NCBI RefSeq assembly: GCF_902459465.1
Contig: NC_047065.1
Coordinates: forward strand, 22,630,001-22,694,000
Direction of reading: 5' to 3'
DNA length: 64,000 nucleotides
Source: Asterias rubens
Taxonomy: Eukaryota
The notes under the pieces were generated by a model, which ran no database searches, was not told where the DNA came from, and was given only the letters and a program-made list of their open reading frames with translations. This document shows, one piece after another, positions 39,101 to 50,900 of the stretch. Within the stretch, counting starts at the first letter, position 1. Each line of letters opens with the position of its first letter. The position numbers and the translations under genes were made by a program.

Positions 39101-41759
39101 TTACATTTGTTAAGGTACTGGACACATGTTCATATATGTTAATTTTGCATCGGGAATAAAGAACATCAATTTTGGTTTTACCCTGACATCGATGTGTGTA
39201 TGGTTTCGAATGGTTTGGGTTTCATTAATAGTACATCGAATAGGTAAACAAATAAACATTATGGGGATTTGGGTGAGAACCAATTTATTGACTTGTTGAT
39301 CGATTAATGACTCATTTAATGAGGTTCCAATCACCATGCAAATCATCTTATTGCATGGTATAACACACATCAAAATTAATAATGTCGGGAACGAATACAA
39401 TACAAAACAAGAATGGTTAGGACTTTACTAATCGATTAATTGATAGATGAATTGATTATTTTGCAGGTTCCAATTATCCTGCCAATCATCTTCATCACAT
39501 GTGCGTTAGTTGTGGTAGCTACTTCGTTGTATTCGTCCCCGTCAGACAGCGGCTTTGGTTTCATCATCGCACTATCGGGGATACCGTTCTACTTTATATT
39601 CGTCAAATGGCAGTCCAAACCAGCGTGGTTTCTGAAAGCAATGGGTAACGTAATTTGTTTACATTTTTGTTTTATTATCGTCAATACTTTTTCACATTAT
39701 GATCTCGTTCTTCTTCTTCTCTCGTGTCCAATGCACTGTCAACGTCCACTGATGTACACACTTTTGTACCCCGCCGCCGGGTGTTCTGTGTCAGGTCAGA
39801 AGGGTCATTGACGTCACCGGACGCCATTTTGAATGTGGCATGGTAGCACTTTATGGTTGCTTGGTGTTCATTGGTGTCACCAGACGCCATTTTGAATCTC
39901 GCATGGTAGCACTTTATGGTTGCTTGGCGTCACACCGGACGCCATTTTGAATATCGCATGGTATCACTTTGTGATTGCTTGGTGTTCGTTGACGTCACCG
40001 GACGCCATGTTGAATGTCGCATGGTAACACTTTATGGTTTCTTGGTGTGCATTGGTGTCACCGGACGCCATTTTGAATCTCGCATGGTAGCACTTTATGG
40101 TTGCATTGTGTTCATTTACGTCACCGGACGCCATGTTTAATGTCGCATGGTAGTACTTTATGGTTGCTTGGTGTGCATTGGTGTCACCGGACGCCATTTT
40201 GAATCTCGCATGGTAGCAATTTATGGTATGGTTGCATTGTGTTCATTTACGTCACCGGACGCCATTTATAATTTCGCATGTTAGTACTTTACAAACGCGT
40301 GCGAAGTTTTCAACCAAAATATATAATGCCCTTAAAAATAACATTGTGGACATAAGTGGGGAAAAAAGAAAAGCAGCTGATAAATCAAAATCATCTTCTT
40401 AAAACAGAAAACACATTGCTTTCTGTATACGTACTTGGTACAGGCCTTCTAAATGGTTTTGTTCATAGGTTGAGTGCTTCTTCCTGTTGCGAGTTTCAAA
40501 ATGGCTACTGCTGTGATGACGACCTAACCGTCTTGCACACGCAATAATAATGTAGGCAGGACTAGCTTTCAGTCAGTAATAACAGCGACTATGTGTTTGA
40601 ATTAATAACTTACAGATTTCCAAAATGGCGACGCATTGGCTGTTTTTTTAATTTCTATCCGGTTCATATCAGATTCAATTACGACTTATAATTATTTTAT
40701 AATACGTTTAATGGTGGCGATGCTATTTGCTAAACGGCAATTCGGTGTGCATTTAGCGGCTAATTTACAATAACGGACTTTACACGTCTGATCGTGGCAT
40801 TAGATCAAAGTGCATGCAACTGTATAAATATTAGTATTAATATACATTGCACTGGAAATCAACAATTCCAACGAACTAATGGTAAACGGTCCACGGTCCG
40901 CAGTTTTTTTGTTCATGTAAACACTTACCTCTGCACTCATGTAAACACTATCAATGTACCTAAGAAAAAATACTGTGTTAGAAGTTTATAATAGGATTTT
41001 TCAAGTTTCACGATTTTACAAAAGTATTGTTCTCTCATAATATTAGATCGTTCATTTTGAGGGATTTTACTGATGGTAACAATGGGTGCGTTCGTTTAGC
41101 TTCCCTGGGTCGACCCCGGTGTGTGGCGGTTTTTTTTTCCAGGACGAACGTGGGTAACTATCTGCACATGTTCGTCCTGGAAAAAACACCGTCACACACC
41201 GGGGTCGACCCAGGGAAGCTAAACGAACGCACCCAATAAACCCCCTTTTCAGAATAATGCAACGCATTTTAGTCAATGTACCAGTAGATGTCTATGGGGA
41301 ATTGTCTTTGTGTGCGTGTACACCATACGGTTGGTTAGCACAGGTTGAAAGAAAGCGATTCAAAAGAGGGCGCTATCAGGTGAAATTGGGAGACTTTTGG
41401 GATGCTTGGTGGCAGCAGACTTACCAGGTAAAATCCATTGTTATCGGTAATGTGCGCATGCTCAGAACTACGTAAACAATGTAAATTTACCTGGTAAGTC
41501 TGCTGCCACCTAGCGTTACAAAGTCTCCCATTCTTCATAATGGGCGGGGGGGGGGGGCAGAACTTTCTGCCAAACCGGTGTTGAAAGAGAACTTGTCCCC
41601 CAGCTTTTACTTTAAACCTCCTTAAATGTTCACCTTTTCTTGGACCATGATAATTTGTTTAACGTTTTTTCTTGATTGTTTTCACCCACTACAGATTCAC
41701 TGACGTGTTTTATGCAGAGATTTCTCCTTGTAGCTCCAGAGGAAAAGAATTCTGACTAG
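30151..41759 (+). CDS. SLC7A11-like: SLC7 light chain, xCT/SLC7A11-like, paralog B (508 aa)
   Basis: Exons 30151-30685, 31647-31772, 32651-32753, 33736-33780, 35422-35545, 36471-36574, 37653-37749, 38366-38515, 39467-39644, 41695-41759. All GT-AG, 1527 nt, same exon sizes as paralog A after exon 1. The start codon is the first in-frame ATG after TGA 30082 and is less certain. Confidence 0.92.
30813..31000. mobile_element. TAGACC...GGTCTA-type MITE
   Basis: ggaccttttcgcaata / tatttgcgaaagggtcta. Related copy at 55746-55897. Confidence 0.65.
31194..31504 (-). mobile_element. MITE K1-related, reverse, degraded
   Basis: ttaa|aggcactgggcactattgg ... acagtgcct|ttaa. Confidence 0.75.
32227..32550. 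mobile_element. TTAA-type MITE family K3 with internal duplication
   Basis: ttaa|aggaacacgttgccttggatc ... gatccaaggcaacgcgttcct|ttaa. Confidence 0.85.
32810..33520. repeat. Degenerate ~105-115-bp tandem array in intron 3 of paralog B
   Basis: Recurrent gactgacccgt...tgactcag...tgaccaaggtcagg. TGACTCA at 32856, 32960, 33064, 33180, 33290 and 33405. Confidence 0.8.
33860..35359 (-). mobile_element. Possible solo LTR or unclassified ~1.5-kb insertion in intron 4 of paralog B
   Basis: On the minus strand it ends ggggcgtgaca and may start tgtgatac, which are LTR-like TG...CA ends. No target duplication could be found. Confidence 0.3.
35682..36166. mobile_element. TTAA-type MITE family K5
   Basis: ttaa|agtcacctgg ... 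ccaggtgact|ttaa, 485 bp. Confidence 0.85.
36348..36389 (-). ncRNA. Decayed minimal hammerhead motif
   Basis: Minus strand TCTT-CTGAAGA-C-CACTAGATTACACTACTT-GAAACGTC-GAGG. Core is intact but helix II is broken. Confidence 0.45.
36622..36773. mobile_element. Near-palindromic MITE (caggggtcgatttcacaaagagttaggactagtc TIR)
   Basis: About 33-bp TIRs with internal ttaggactagtcct repeats. Relatives at 50421-50584, about 45476 and about 22590. Confidence 0.85.
37899..38190 (+). mobile_element. MITE K1-related, degraded
   Basis: ttaa|aggcactggacacgcttggtaattg start plus K1 internal motifs. Confidence 0.7.
39810..40290. repeat. 63-bp minisatellite, about 8 units
   Basis: Unit tcaccggacgccattttgaat...gcatggtagcactttatggttgcttggtgttcattggtg, starting at 39814, 39877 and onward. 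Confidence 0.92.
41084..41234. mobile_element. Near-perfect palindromic MITE with AAT target duplication
   Basis: aat|gggtgcgttcgtttagcttccctgggtcgaccccggtgtg ... cacaccggggtcgacccagggaagctaaacgaacgcaccc|aat. Confidence 0.9.
41388..41529. mobile_element. GGG...CCC hairpin MITE with ATT target duplication
   Basis: att|gggagacttt...ggtggcagcagacttaccaggtaaat ... atttacctggtaagtctgctgccacc...aaagtctccc|att. Confidence 0.85.
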
Positions 41760-41993
41760 AAGACGTCCCAATTTGCAGATTGCATAAATAATCCTTCCCG
41801 GCGAGCTTTAAGTTAAAGATCATCGATGCGGCTTTGAGCTCACTGACGAACAACCGAAAGGGGGTTGTTTGCAGAGTCAAGAGGTCATGGGGCATATAGA
41901 CGATGTGACCTGTGACATCACATGTTTATAAAAGAGATAAACATGACTCCCCATGAAAAATTACATAACCATTATAACCATGTGCAAGTTTAA

Positions 41994-42359
41994 AGCCATT
42001 GGACACTTTCGGTAAACAGTATTGTTCAAAGGCCCACACTTCGTATATCACAACTTATAATATATAAAATAACAAACCTGTGAAAATTTAGGCTCAATCG
42101 GTCATCGGAGACGGGAGAAAATAACGGGAAAACCCACCCTTGTTTCCGCACGTTTCGCCGTGTCATGACATGTGTTTAAAATAAATCCGTAATTCTCGCT
42201 ATCGTGAGAATTGATAATTGTTTAAATGTTTTCTCACAAAGTAAACATTTCATGGAATAATATTTCAATAGAAGTCTTTCACCATTACCTTCTGTAAACC
42301 CTATAGGTTATTTGTAAATCTGTGAACTTTTTTTTTTATTCCGAAAGTGTATAATGGCT
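41994..42359 (+). mobile_element. TTAA-type MITE family K2, full copy
   Basis: ttaa|agccattggacactttcgg ... ccgaaagtgtataatggct|ttaa. Confidence 0.85.
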
Positions 42360-43054
42360 TTAATCTAGACTGAACTAGTATTACAAAAACCCAATTTTGA
42401 TTATAAAATGTTAACAATACAAAGACCATCACTAGAATTGAGTGGACATTTAAAATGGTATAATTGAGCCGTACAGCACTGGCGGCTTGGGCAGAGACTA
42501 CGGTCATGCGTTGCGGGCCACGGCTAACATGGGACAATAGGCCTATACCGCAGCTTCACCACAGATTGGCCACTGCAAAGGCATGTTCTTCAACTAGAGT
42601 AACTCAGTAATCTAGGTGCGAAACCTCCGGAGTTTCTGCTGCCAGGACAACAGCTCACAGGCTCCGTCAGCCGACTTGAAGCCCAATGCCGAAAACGCAC
42701 GTTTTTTTAAAGGAACTACCGGGCCCTAATAAGGCTGAGCGAGCCGATGCAAAAGTCATGTTTTCAAAAAAGGCCATGCTGCAGTCTTAAGGCCAAAGTC
42801 GTTCAGTTCTGACGCGGTCTTTATGACTTCAAATAAAACTAACATATAAGTTTAAGATACCAATTGTCGTGTGTGCGGCACCTAAATGTAGCCCGAGCCC
42901 TAAATGTAGCCTAACCGTGTGATCAAATTAAGCTAGGATATTGCTCATCATATTTCTGTAAAATATTGTATATATAGTTCGTGTGTTTCTTTATATCCAT
43001 GGTAAGTAATGTAAACTTTAATTTCGTCTTTTATAAAGAGGAACATTATATTAT

Positions 43055-43199
43055 ACACATATTGACTGGCAATGAGGTAACTAGTGTACGTCTATTCCCC
43101 CGAGGGACTTTGAGTGACCAGAATAGGGACCTCTTCTTCTGGTCACTCACAGGCCCGAGGGGTACACTAGTTACCGAATTTATGCCAGTCAATATGTGT
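43055..43199. mobile_element. Short hairpin MITE
   Basis: acacatattgactggca...ggtaactagtgtac / gtacactagttacc...tgccagtcaatatgtgt. Confidence 0.75.
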
Positions 43200-43779
43200 T
43201 TTATATCACAGCTCGGTCTTAAAATGTCAAATAAGGACAGAAATTTGGAAACAGAAAGGGAGTTTTGTAGTTGCAGTTCACGGTTCAAGTCAAGAGAGGG
43301 CGCTGTAACCGGGCAATATCTTCAAAGAATAATGCCCGCTCGGGTACTAGTTCCCGCAAACACGCGCGCACGAACACTGGACTACATGTATATTAGTTCA
43401 TCCCACGTGACCTTGTTTCAGCCAACCAGAATACAGAAATAAACAAGAGGTGTGTTATAAAATTAACTAATCGAGAAAAAAAATACACAAATTCTTATCA
43501 ACCTCGGGTTCCCATTGCTAAACGTGTGAAGGGGGAAATCACTGACCAAAATAATGTAAAAAAAAAAAAAAAAAACAAACTCGCGGGACTGACACGGCAG
43601 TTGCGGTAATTGATTACACGTTAATAGAGAAGCATTATTCTAATATTGTCCTATGTTTTGATAATTTTTGGTATGATTCTGTATTATTTCATTGCCATTC
43701 AACTGCATGGGTTGTGTGTGGTGGCACAACTGTGTACATGTTTGCACTGTATAGATGTGTGGTATCAGTATACTGCTGG

Positions 43780-44360
43780 CTGACATGGTACCTTCATCAT
43801 GCAAAACCACACAGTGGATCGATAACGATGGCCAGAGAGATAGGAGGGTTGACAATAGACCTGATGCACATGACGTCATTTCAGTAGGGCGCCCTCACCT
43901 AGAGGTCAAAAGGAGGTTGTTCATTGGCCAATCCTGTGCACCGCGCGTACAAATCTGTGCGTTTCGATTGTTTCGTCACCGTTTTTCCACTAAGATGGCC
44001 GCTGGATGACGTCAATGCATAAGGTCTATCAGTACTGTATATTTTGCTGGCTGGCTCAGTTTCCTTTCAAAAACAAAGGTGGGTGATGTTGAAGAGCCAG
44101 AGAGTAGGAGGGTTGACTGTGTACTGTGTAGATACATTCAGTCCATGATATCATTATTGTAGGCAGGCATAATTATGTGCACTCGTCATTCAAAAACACA
44201 GTGCACGATATAGAATGGTCAGAGCTGCTGGAGGGTTGACTAAGTACTGTACATTATGCTGGCTGGCTCAGTTTATATACCTTTCAAAACCAAGGTGGGT
44301 GGATAATATTGAATGGTCAGGGAGTAGGAGGGTTGACTGTGGTACTGTGTAGATATATGT
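43780..44360. repeat. Degenerate tandem repeat (gctggctggctcag...ggagggttgact) interrupted by a MITE at 43856-44028
   Basis: Units near 43785, 44045 and 44255. The MITE has tagacctgatgcacatgacgtca / tgacgtcaatgcataaggtcta ends. Confidence 0.65.
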
Positions 44361-44926
44361 TCACCACATAATACCATTTGTGTCTTAGTAAAGAATATAG
44401 TATTTGGAGATCTCCAAATCAACCAATGCATATTTGAATGTCGCGATTAAAGTAGCACAATTATTATTGTTATTTACTTTATTTCATTATTAATAAACCG
44501 TTTTTGTAGGTTTGTTTTAACTAAACCGTGACCATCGATGGTGTGTGCTATTACAAAATCTTATGTATTTTCCCTTCAAACCGTGTAAAGTTTAATGTAA
44601 ATCTGTGGACATTGTGATTCGTGTCCTTCAAATGTACAACAATATCATCAAACTAGTTTACATTCAGATTTCAAACGACTGTAAATATGCAATTTTATAT
44701 GTTTAACCTTCTAGACAATAAATACTCATATCTTGACCCTTGTACTGTTAAAGTGTAAAGTTCTTGATACAAGAAAATATTCTGACCCAGATTCAACAGA
44801 TCAGAACTGCTATCTAATTCTAGAGGTGGGAAGTTCCGGGGTATTAAACCCCAATTCTGATCCAATTCACCAACTCTGCTCCAATCGCAACCCAGCAACT
44901 TCCAATAGCTTGCGGTATTGAAGATC

Positions 44927-47900
44927 ATGTCTTCCTCCAGTGATAATGATGGTGTATGTGCGTTCGAGGATGCTTCCTCGGTGGCAAGAAGCAAGGAGGG
45001 CGAGGGTATGGTACTCAAACGCCAGATCGGCCTGGGTGGCTGCATCGCCTTCGTAGTCGGTACCGTCATCGGCTCCGGGATCTTCATCTCCCCGAAGGGC
45101 GTGCTGCAGAACACCGGCAGCGTGGGGTTGTCTCTCGTCGTCTGGGTCGCCTGTGGGATACTCTCCACCATCGGGGCTCTCTGCTACGCCGAGCTGGGTA
45201 CCACCATACCCGAGTCAGGTGGAGACTTCACGTACATCTTGCAAACATTTGGTGTGGTGCTTGCTTTCTTGAGAGTATGGACTCACATTGTCGCTGTGTT
45301 CACGGCTAGCTTTGCTGTGCTTGCTGTGACCGGAGCTACCTATCTCACTGAGCCATTCTTTGGAGAGTGCACTGTACCCACAGTAGTGATACAACTACTC
45401 GCTGCTACACTGCTAGGTTTTTATCAGAGGCTTATTTTAAATCAATCTTAAATTATTAACTCTTTGAACGCATTGGGTGGATTTCACGAAGAGTGAAGAC
45501 TAAAGTCTTATCTCGAGTTAGGATCAGTTACTCGTCCTTTTCTATTGCTTCTGTTATTTGCTGCTTTTTGGTATGAATAAATAGGTCAATAAACAAGAAA
45601 GCCACGGGATAATAATATTTAAAAAAATACATTTTGTTTTATTACAGGTGCTGTATTTTGTCTGAACAGTGTAAGCGTCCCTTGGAGTAATCGAGTCCAG
45701 ATTATTTTCAGTATTGCAAAAGTAACCGGTCTGTTGATTATCATTGTATCGGGCCTGGTCCTCGTCATCCAAGGTAGGAAATATTTTGAATCATATATTA
45801 CATGACGGTTGTCATTAATTTTAATTTTAAGTAAGGTTTGCAGTACATGGTTATTTTACATTGTGTACTGATAAAATCCATGCAAAGTATCAAATCCTAC
45901 CAATGTACATGGTGTTACTGCAAATCATAACATATTTTATTTCCAACATGGAAAGGTTCAATCCTTCTCATGTACATGGTGTTACCGCAAAACTACTTGG
46001 TTGTTTTTCGACCATGCAACGTAAAAACATTAGAAGATCAATTCTTTTCTTTGAAATTCCGCTGTTAAAAGTGTTATTACTATTTCATTCTGAACAGGAA
46101 AATTTGAAAACCTTCGAAGTGGATTCACTCCAGCGATTGATGTTACACCTGACAAGCTCCCTCTAGCGTTCTACTCCGGACTATTCGCCTACTCGGGATG
46201 GTAAGATGGGACCAATAATATAAAGCCTGAAGACGACCAGAGTATCTTCGAAACGTCGAGACCACACCGGCTCAATTCAGAGCACTCTCACACAAAAGAG
46301 ACATACACGTGGTTGTTCCCGCAAGTTTGCTATTTGTTTATATTATAGTTTATTCGTATTTTTCACACCCATGCAAAGCTTCAAACAATACTTCATAAAG
46401 CCTGCAAGCACACAAAAATTGATAAGCACAAAACGGTATTACAACTCGACAAGAACAGGTTACCAGCCAAAGTTACCTTAAGTTTGGATTGTTTTGGCTG
46501 GTACCCTACTTTTTTTGCTGAAAGCAAAGAAATTTGCCAAGCAGGATTTTGATTGCTTAACATTGAGCTTTATGCAGTTGGGCCCTTGGGGTCAAACATT
46601 GATACTAAATGTAATATAATAATGTAATGGACCGATGATAGAATCTTATAATCAAATAGTAAATTTCCTCTATTTGTTTGTACAGGCAGTTTCTACCGAC
46701 ATTCACGGAAGAAATCGAAAACCCTTCACGGTAAGTAAAACACTATTCCTCCATGTGTTAACACAGACGTGAAATATATATTATATATATATTTTACTAA
46801 TTATCGATCAACTCTTTTTAACTAAAAGGAACATTACAGAATTTGTTTTTGCTAATATATTACAGTTGCTGGCAGTGTGCATTTTATGTTATCCACAACA
46901 TACATAAACTGACAAATCTGAGTTTGAGATCGTTTAGCCATCTGGGTCTCGAGAAATAGTGAAAACGTACCGATTGCACATTTTGCATGACATCAATGCA
47001 AAAAAAAATGAATAAACGCGAAATTTGATTATTTATTTATTTATTACATTTCAGACATAACGGGATGTTTTCTACAGTCATCATCATTAGACAGTGTTTG
47101 TTTCATGTTAATCTGTGACCTTGACGAGTTTTGTTGTGATGCTCCTTAAAGGGTGGCTGCAGTGTTTTTTTAAATAATTTAAACGATTAAACATGCCTTT
47201 TAAAACCTGATTTGTTTTATTTTTATTTTATTAAATGCGCAAGTATTTTAAAAATGGTTTTCAAGAGATTAGGGGAACCCACCCCGCCCCTAAACAGGGC
47301 ATAAACGTGATGTCATGTCGGGAACCCGAGCCGTCGGGCCCCCTGGCTGTGTGCATATAGAGATGTGTGCATTGTGTTGCCTGGTACCTAGGCGCGTGTA
47401 GTTAGGGACCAGACTCTTTTTGCCGACGATATGTTTGAATTCTCGACGTGACGTCGATGGTAGGGGGGCGGTAACAATCCACAAAAGGGGGGCATGACTT
47501 ATTCGCTAATTACACAAGAGAGTTATGTCGGGGAAAAAACAAAACACATTTTATTGAGGTTCAATAATACATATATCAGAAATAAATGACAGCAACATTA
47601 ACTGTTTTATTTTAATTCACTGCAGCATCCCTTTAAATGTCAGAAATTTAAGCAACACCAATATGTGCATTAATTATCGATCTGGGTTGTGTGTTATAAT
47701 TATCAGAAATATTCCATTGGGAATTACTCTATCGATGACTCTAATTACTGGTGTGTACATTCTGGTGAATCTCGCTTACTACGTGGAACTCACACCGATT
47801 GAAATCCTCTCTTCAGACGCAGTTGCCTTAGTGAGTATCTTGCAATATTTCCTTTAAAGACACTGTGTACACTATTGGTAATTTTCAAAGACTAGTCTTC

Positions 47901-50900
47901 ACAGTTGGTGTATCTCAACATATGCATAAAATAACAAACCTGTGAAAATTTGAGCTCAATCGGTCGTCAAAGTTGGGAGATATTAATGAAAGAAAAAAAC
48001 ACCCTTGTCACACGTAGTTGTGTGCTTACAGATGCTTGATTTCGAGACCTCAAAATTCTAAATCTGAGGTCTCGAAATCAAATTCATGGAAAATTACTTC
48101 TTTCTCGAAAACTACATTACTTCAGAGGGAGCTGTTTCTCACAATGTTTTATACCACCAACCTTTCCCCATTACTCGTTACCAAGAAAGGTTTTATGCTA
48201 ATAATTATTTTGAGTAATTACCAATAGTGTCCACTGCCTTTAAAGGCACTTGAGACTATTGGTAATTACTCAAAATAATTGTTAGCATAAAAACTTACTT
48301 GGTGAAGAGCAATAGAGAGCTGTTTGTAGATTAAAACATTGTGAGAAACGGCTCCCTCTGAAATTACGTATAGTTTTTGAGAAAGAGGTAAGTTCTCACT
48401 CAATAATATTAAAATACTTCAGGCCTTGAGCCCTTTTTAGGCATCTGAAAGCACAAACAAATTTGTGCAACAAGGGTGTTATTTTTCTTTTATTATTCTC
48501 TTGCAACTTCGATGCACAGTTTGAAATCCTATTTAGAAATCAGTTTACTTACCTGTTTGTTATAGGAGGAGAATCTCGTAGGCAACACTACTATTATTAT
48601 ATAAAATTTGTATCTTATAACTTCATTTGATTTAAACAGAACAAAATAAAGGACGCTTAAGGAACTCAAGACTCGGGTTGGTTTTATTATACACCCAAGA
48701 TTAACACCAAAGATTTCAAACAGAGTGCCGGCGCTCCACCAACTACCCTATTTTGTCAGTCTTTGTTCGGGGTGCCAGTCAGAAACTACTAAACTGCCAT
48801 GTAGCTAGGGATCACACCGAGGTTGACGATATAACTTGAAAAGCAGCAGCCATCAGGGGATCACCTTGTAATTTATTAGTTGATATCTGAAATAAAAAGT
48901 CTCAGCCCCTGGTTGTTTATTATTTGTTTGCTCGAGACCTATGGTGAGCTCAGCCCCTGGTTGTTTATTATTTGTTTTCTCGAGACCTATGGTGAGCTCA
49001 GCCCCTGGTTGTTTAATATTTGTTTTCTTATAGACCTATGGCGAGCGTGTCCTCGGACCCTGGGCATTCATCATCTCAATAGCTGTTGCATTGTCTTGTA
49101 TTGGTTCAATCAACGGATCCATCTTCAGTTTTGCAAGGTAGCCTACTTTTTTGTTTGAATAAGTTCTGTGTTTTTTTTCTTTCTAAACCGTACAGCACAG
49201 CAGCTAAACACAACATAATTTGCTATAACCAGAATGAGGCTACCAGCCAAAATATCATGAAACACATTTTGACTGGTATCCTGCTAATTACTGCTCAGCA
49301 CAAAATCTGTAAGCAAAATAGTCTGCTTATGCATCTCTGTGAAATTGGTGTCCGTTGATCCTTATTTGGTTAGTTTGACACAGAATCCAGGTCACACTGA
49401 CCCATAAATGATTCATACCCACTTGGAACCCAGAATTCTTTAGACTGTTTAGAAAATGATTATCTTAACTTTGAAAAAAATCCAAAACCCATTATTTAAA
49501 AAATAATACTAATGTTTAACCACCGGGGTAATTTAAGCCCAATTTAGTTGTTGTCTTTAAAGGATTTGGTACTTTTTCAAAACGTCCATAGATTTACATT
49601 AAACTTGCAGGGTTTGAAGATGATGATAGTGGAAAGCTTCCCTTCAAATATTACTTACTGAGGTGCTGTAGTTTTTGAGAAGCGAGTAAAACAATGTCAT
49701 GAAAATACGTTTGTAAATGCTTAAAATAATTTTCATCTCATGAGACGAAAATTATTTTCATGACATTGTTTTACTCAATTCCCCAAAAATATAGCACCTC
49801 AGCACAGAATATTTTCAGGGAAGCTTTCTACTGTCATTACCTTCAAAGTGTGATAGTTTAGTGTAAATCTGTGGACATTGTATTTTTTGTCCTACAAAAA
49901 GTACATACACCCTTTAAAACTTTGTGAGAGTACTAAAATTTGGATTCATAATTCAAGAATACTTGTTTTCTCTGTGTTTCGTTTTTTCTGCATTCCCTGC
50001 AGGATTCTGTTGGTGGCTTCCCGTGTGAATTGTATGCCTCAGATTCTAGGCATGATCCATGTTCATAATAAGACGCCTCTTCCTGCAGCAATTGTTACGG
50101 TAATAAAAACAACAGCCTTTTGTTTTATTGTTGAGGTGTTTGTTTGATTGATTGATGTGGCTGTGGCCTGTTTTTTTTTTTGGGGGGGGGGGGCGGTGGG
50201 GTTCAGGGTGTTTGAATGTTTGTTTGTATTGTTCTGCTCTTGTTGTATTAAAAAGAACAAGGGCCACCATTTTTTGGGATCAGCCTTACCCTGGCATGAT
50301 GCCGTCGGGCTTTTATTGGTTCATTAATCGCATTTAGAATCCGAAAGAGTTATTTTCTTGATCTTAAAAAATTAAAATTACATTTGTTCAGAGTGACGAA
50401 GCGCTCCTGTACTGTACAGACTGCCGTCGATTTCACAAAACTCTTCTTAACTTAAGACTAATCTTAGGACTTAAGGACCCCGCACTGTAGCATGCGGACC
50501 TTAAGGTTAATCCTAAGTTAGGACGAGTTGCTCGTCATAACTCAAGATAAGACGGGTCCTTACTCTTTGTGAAATCGACTCCTGTATCAAGTTCGGATCG
50601 AACAGTAACACAATGGTTTACAGTGAAAGAAGAAGAACTAATTATTTCTAACCATAGTTTCTAAAATCACTTTTTGATCTTCCACAGTTCCCCATTGTTA
50701 TTGTGATGCTAATTTCACCCGATGTCAATGCCCTCATCAACTACATGAGTTTCGCAAGATGGTTGCTAGTCTCTATCGCAGTCGCTGTGTTACCTTATTG
50801 GAGATGGAAGTACCCTGACATGGAGAGACCTTTCAAGGTATGAGACAACTGCATCCTTGTTTTAGAGACCAGCCGACAAATTCACCAAACTCTTCCTGGG

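Noticed and set aside
39681-40197. 21-aa repeat ORFs on both strands
   Set aside because: A by-product of the 63-bp minisatellite. There is no splice or start context and they are interrupted by stops.
39810-40290. CRISPR-like regular repeats (also 32810-33520 and 48901-49045)
   Set aside because: The units are contiguous tandem repeats with no unique spacers, the context is eukaryotic, and there are no cas genes.
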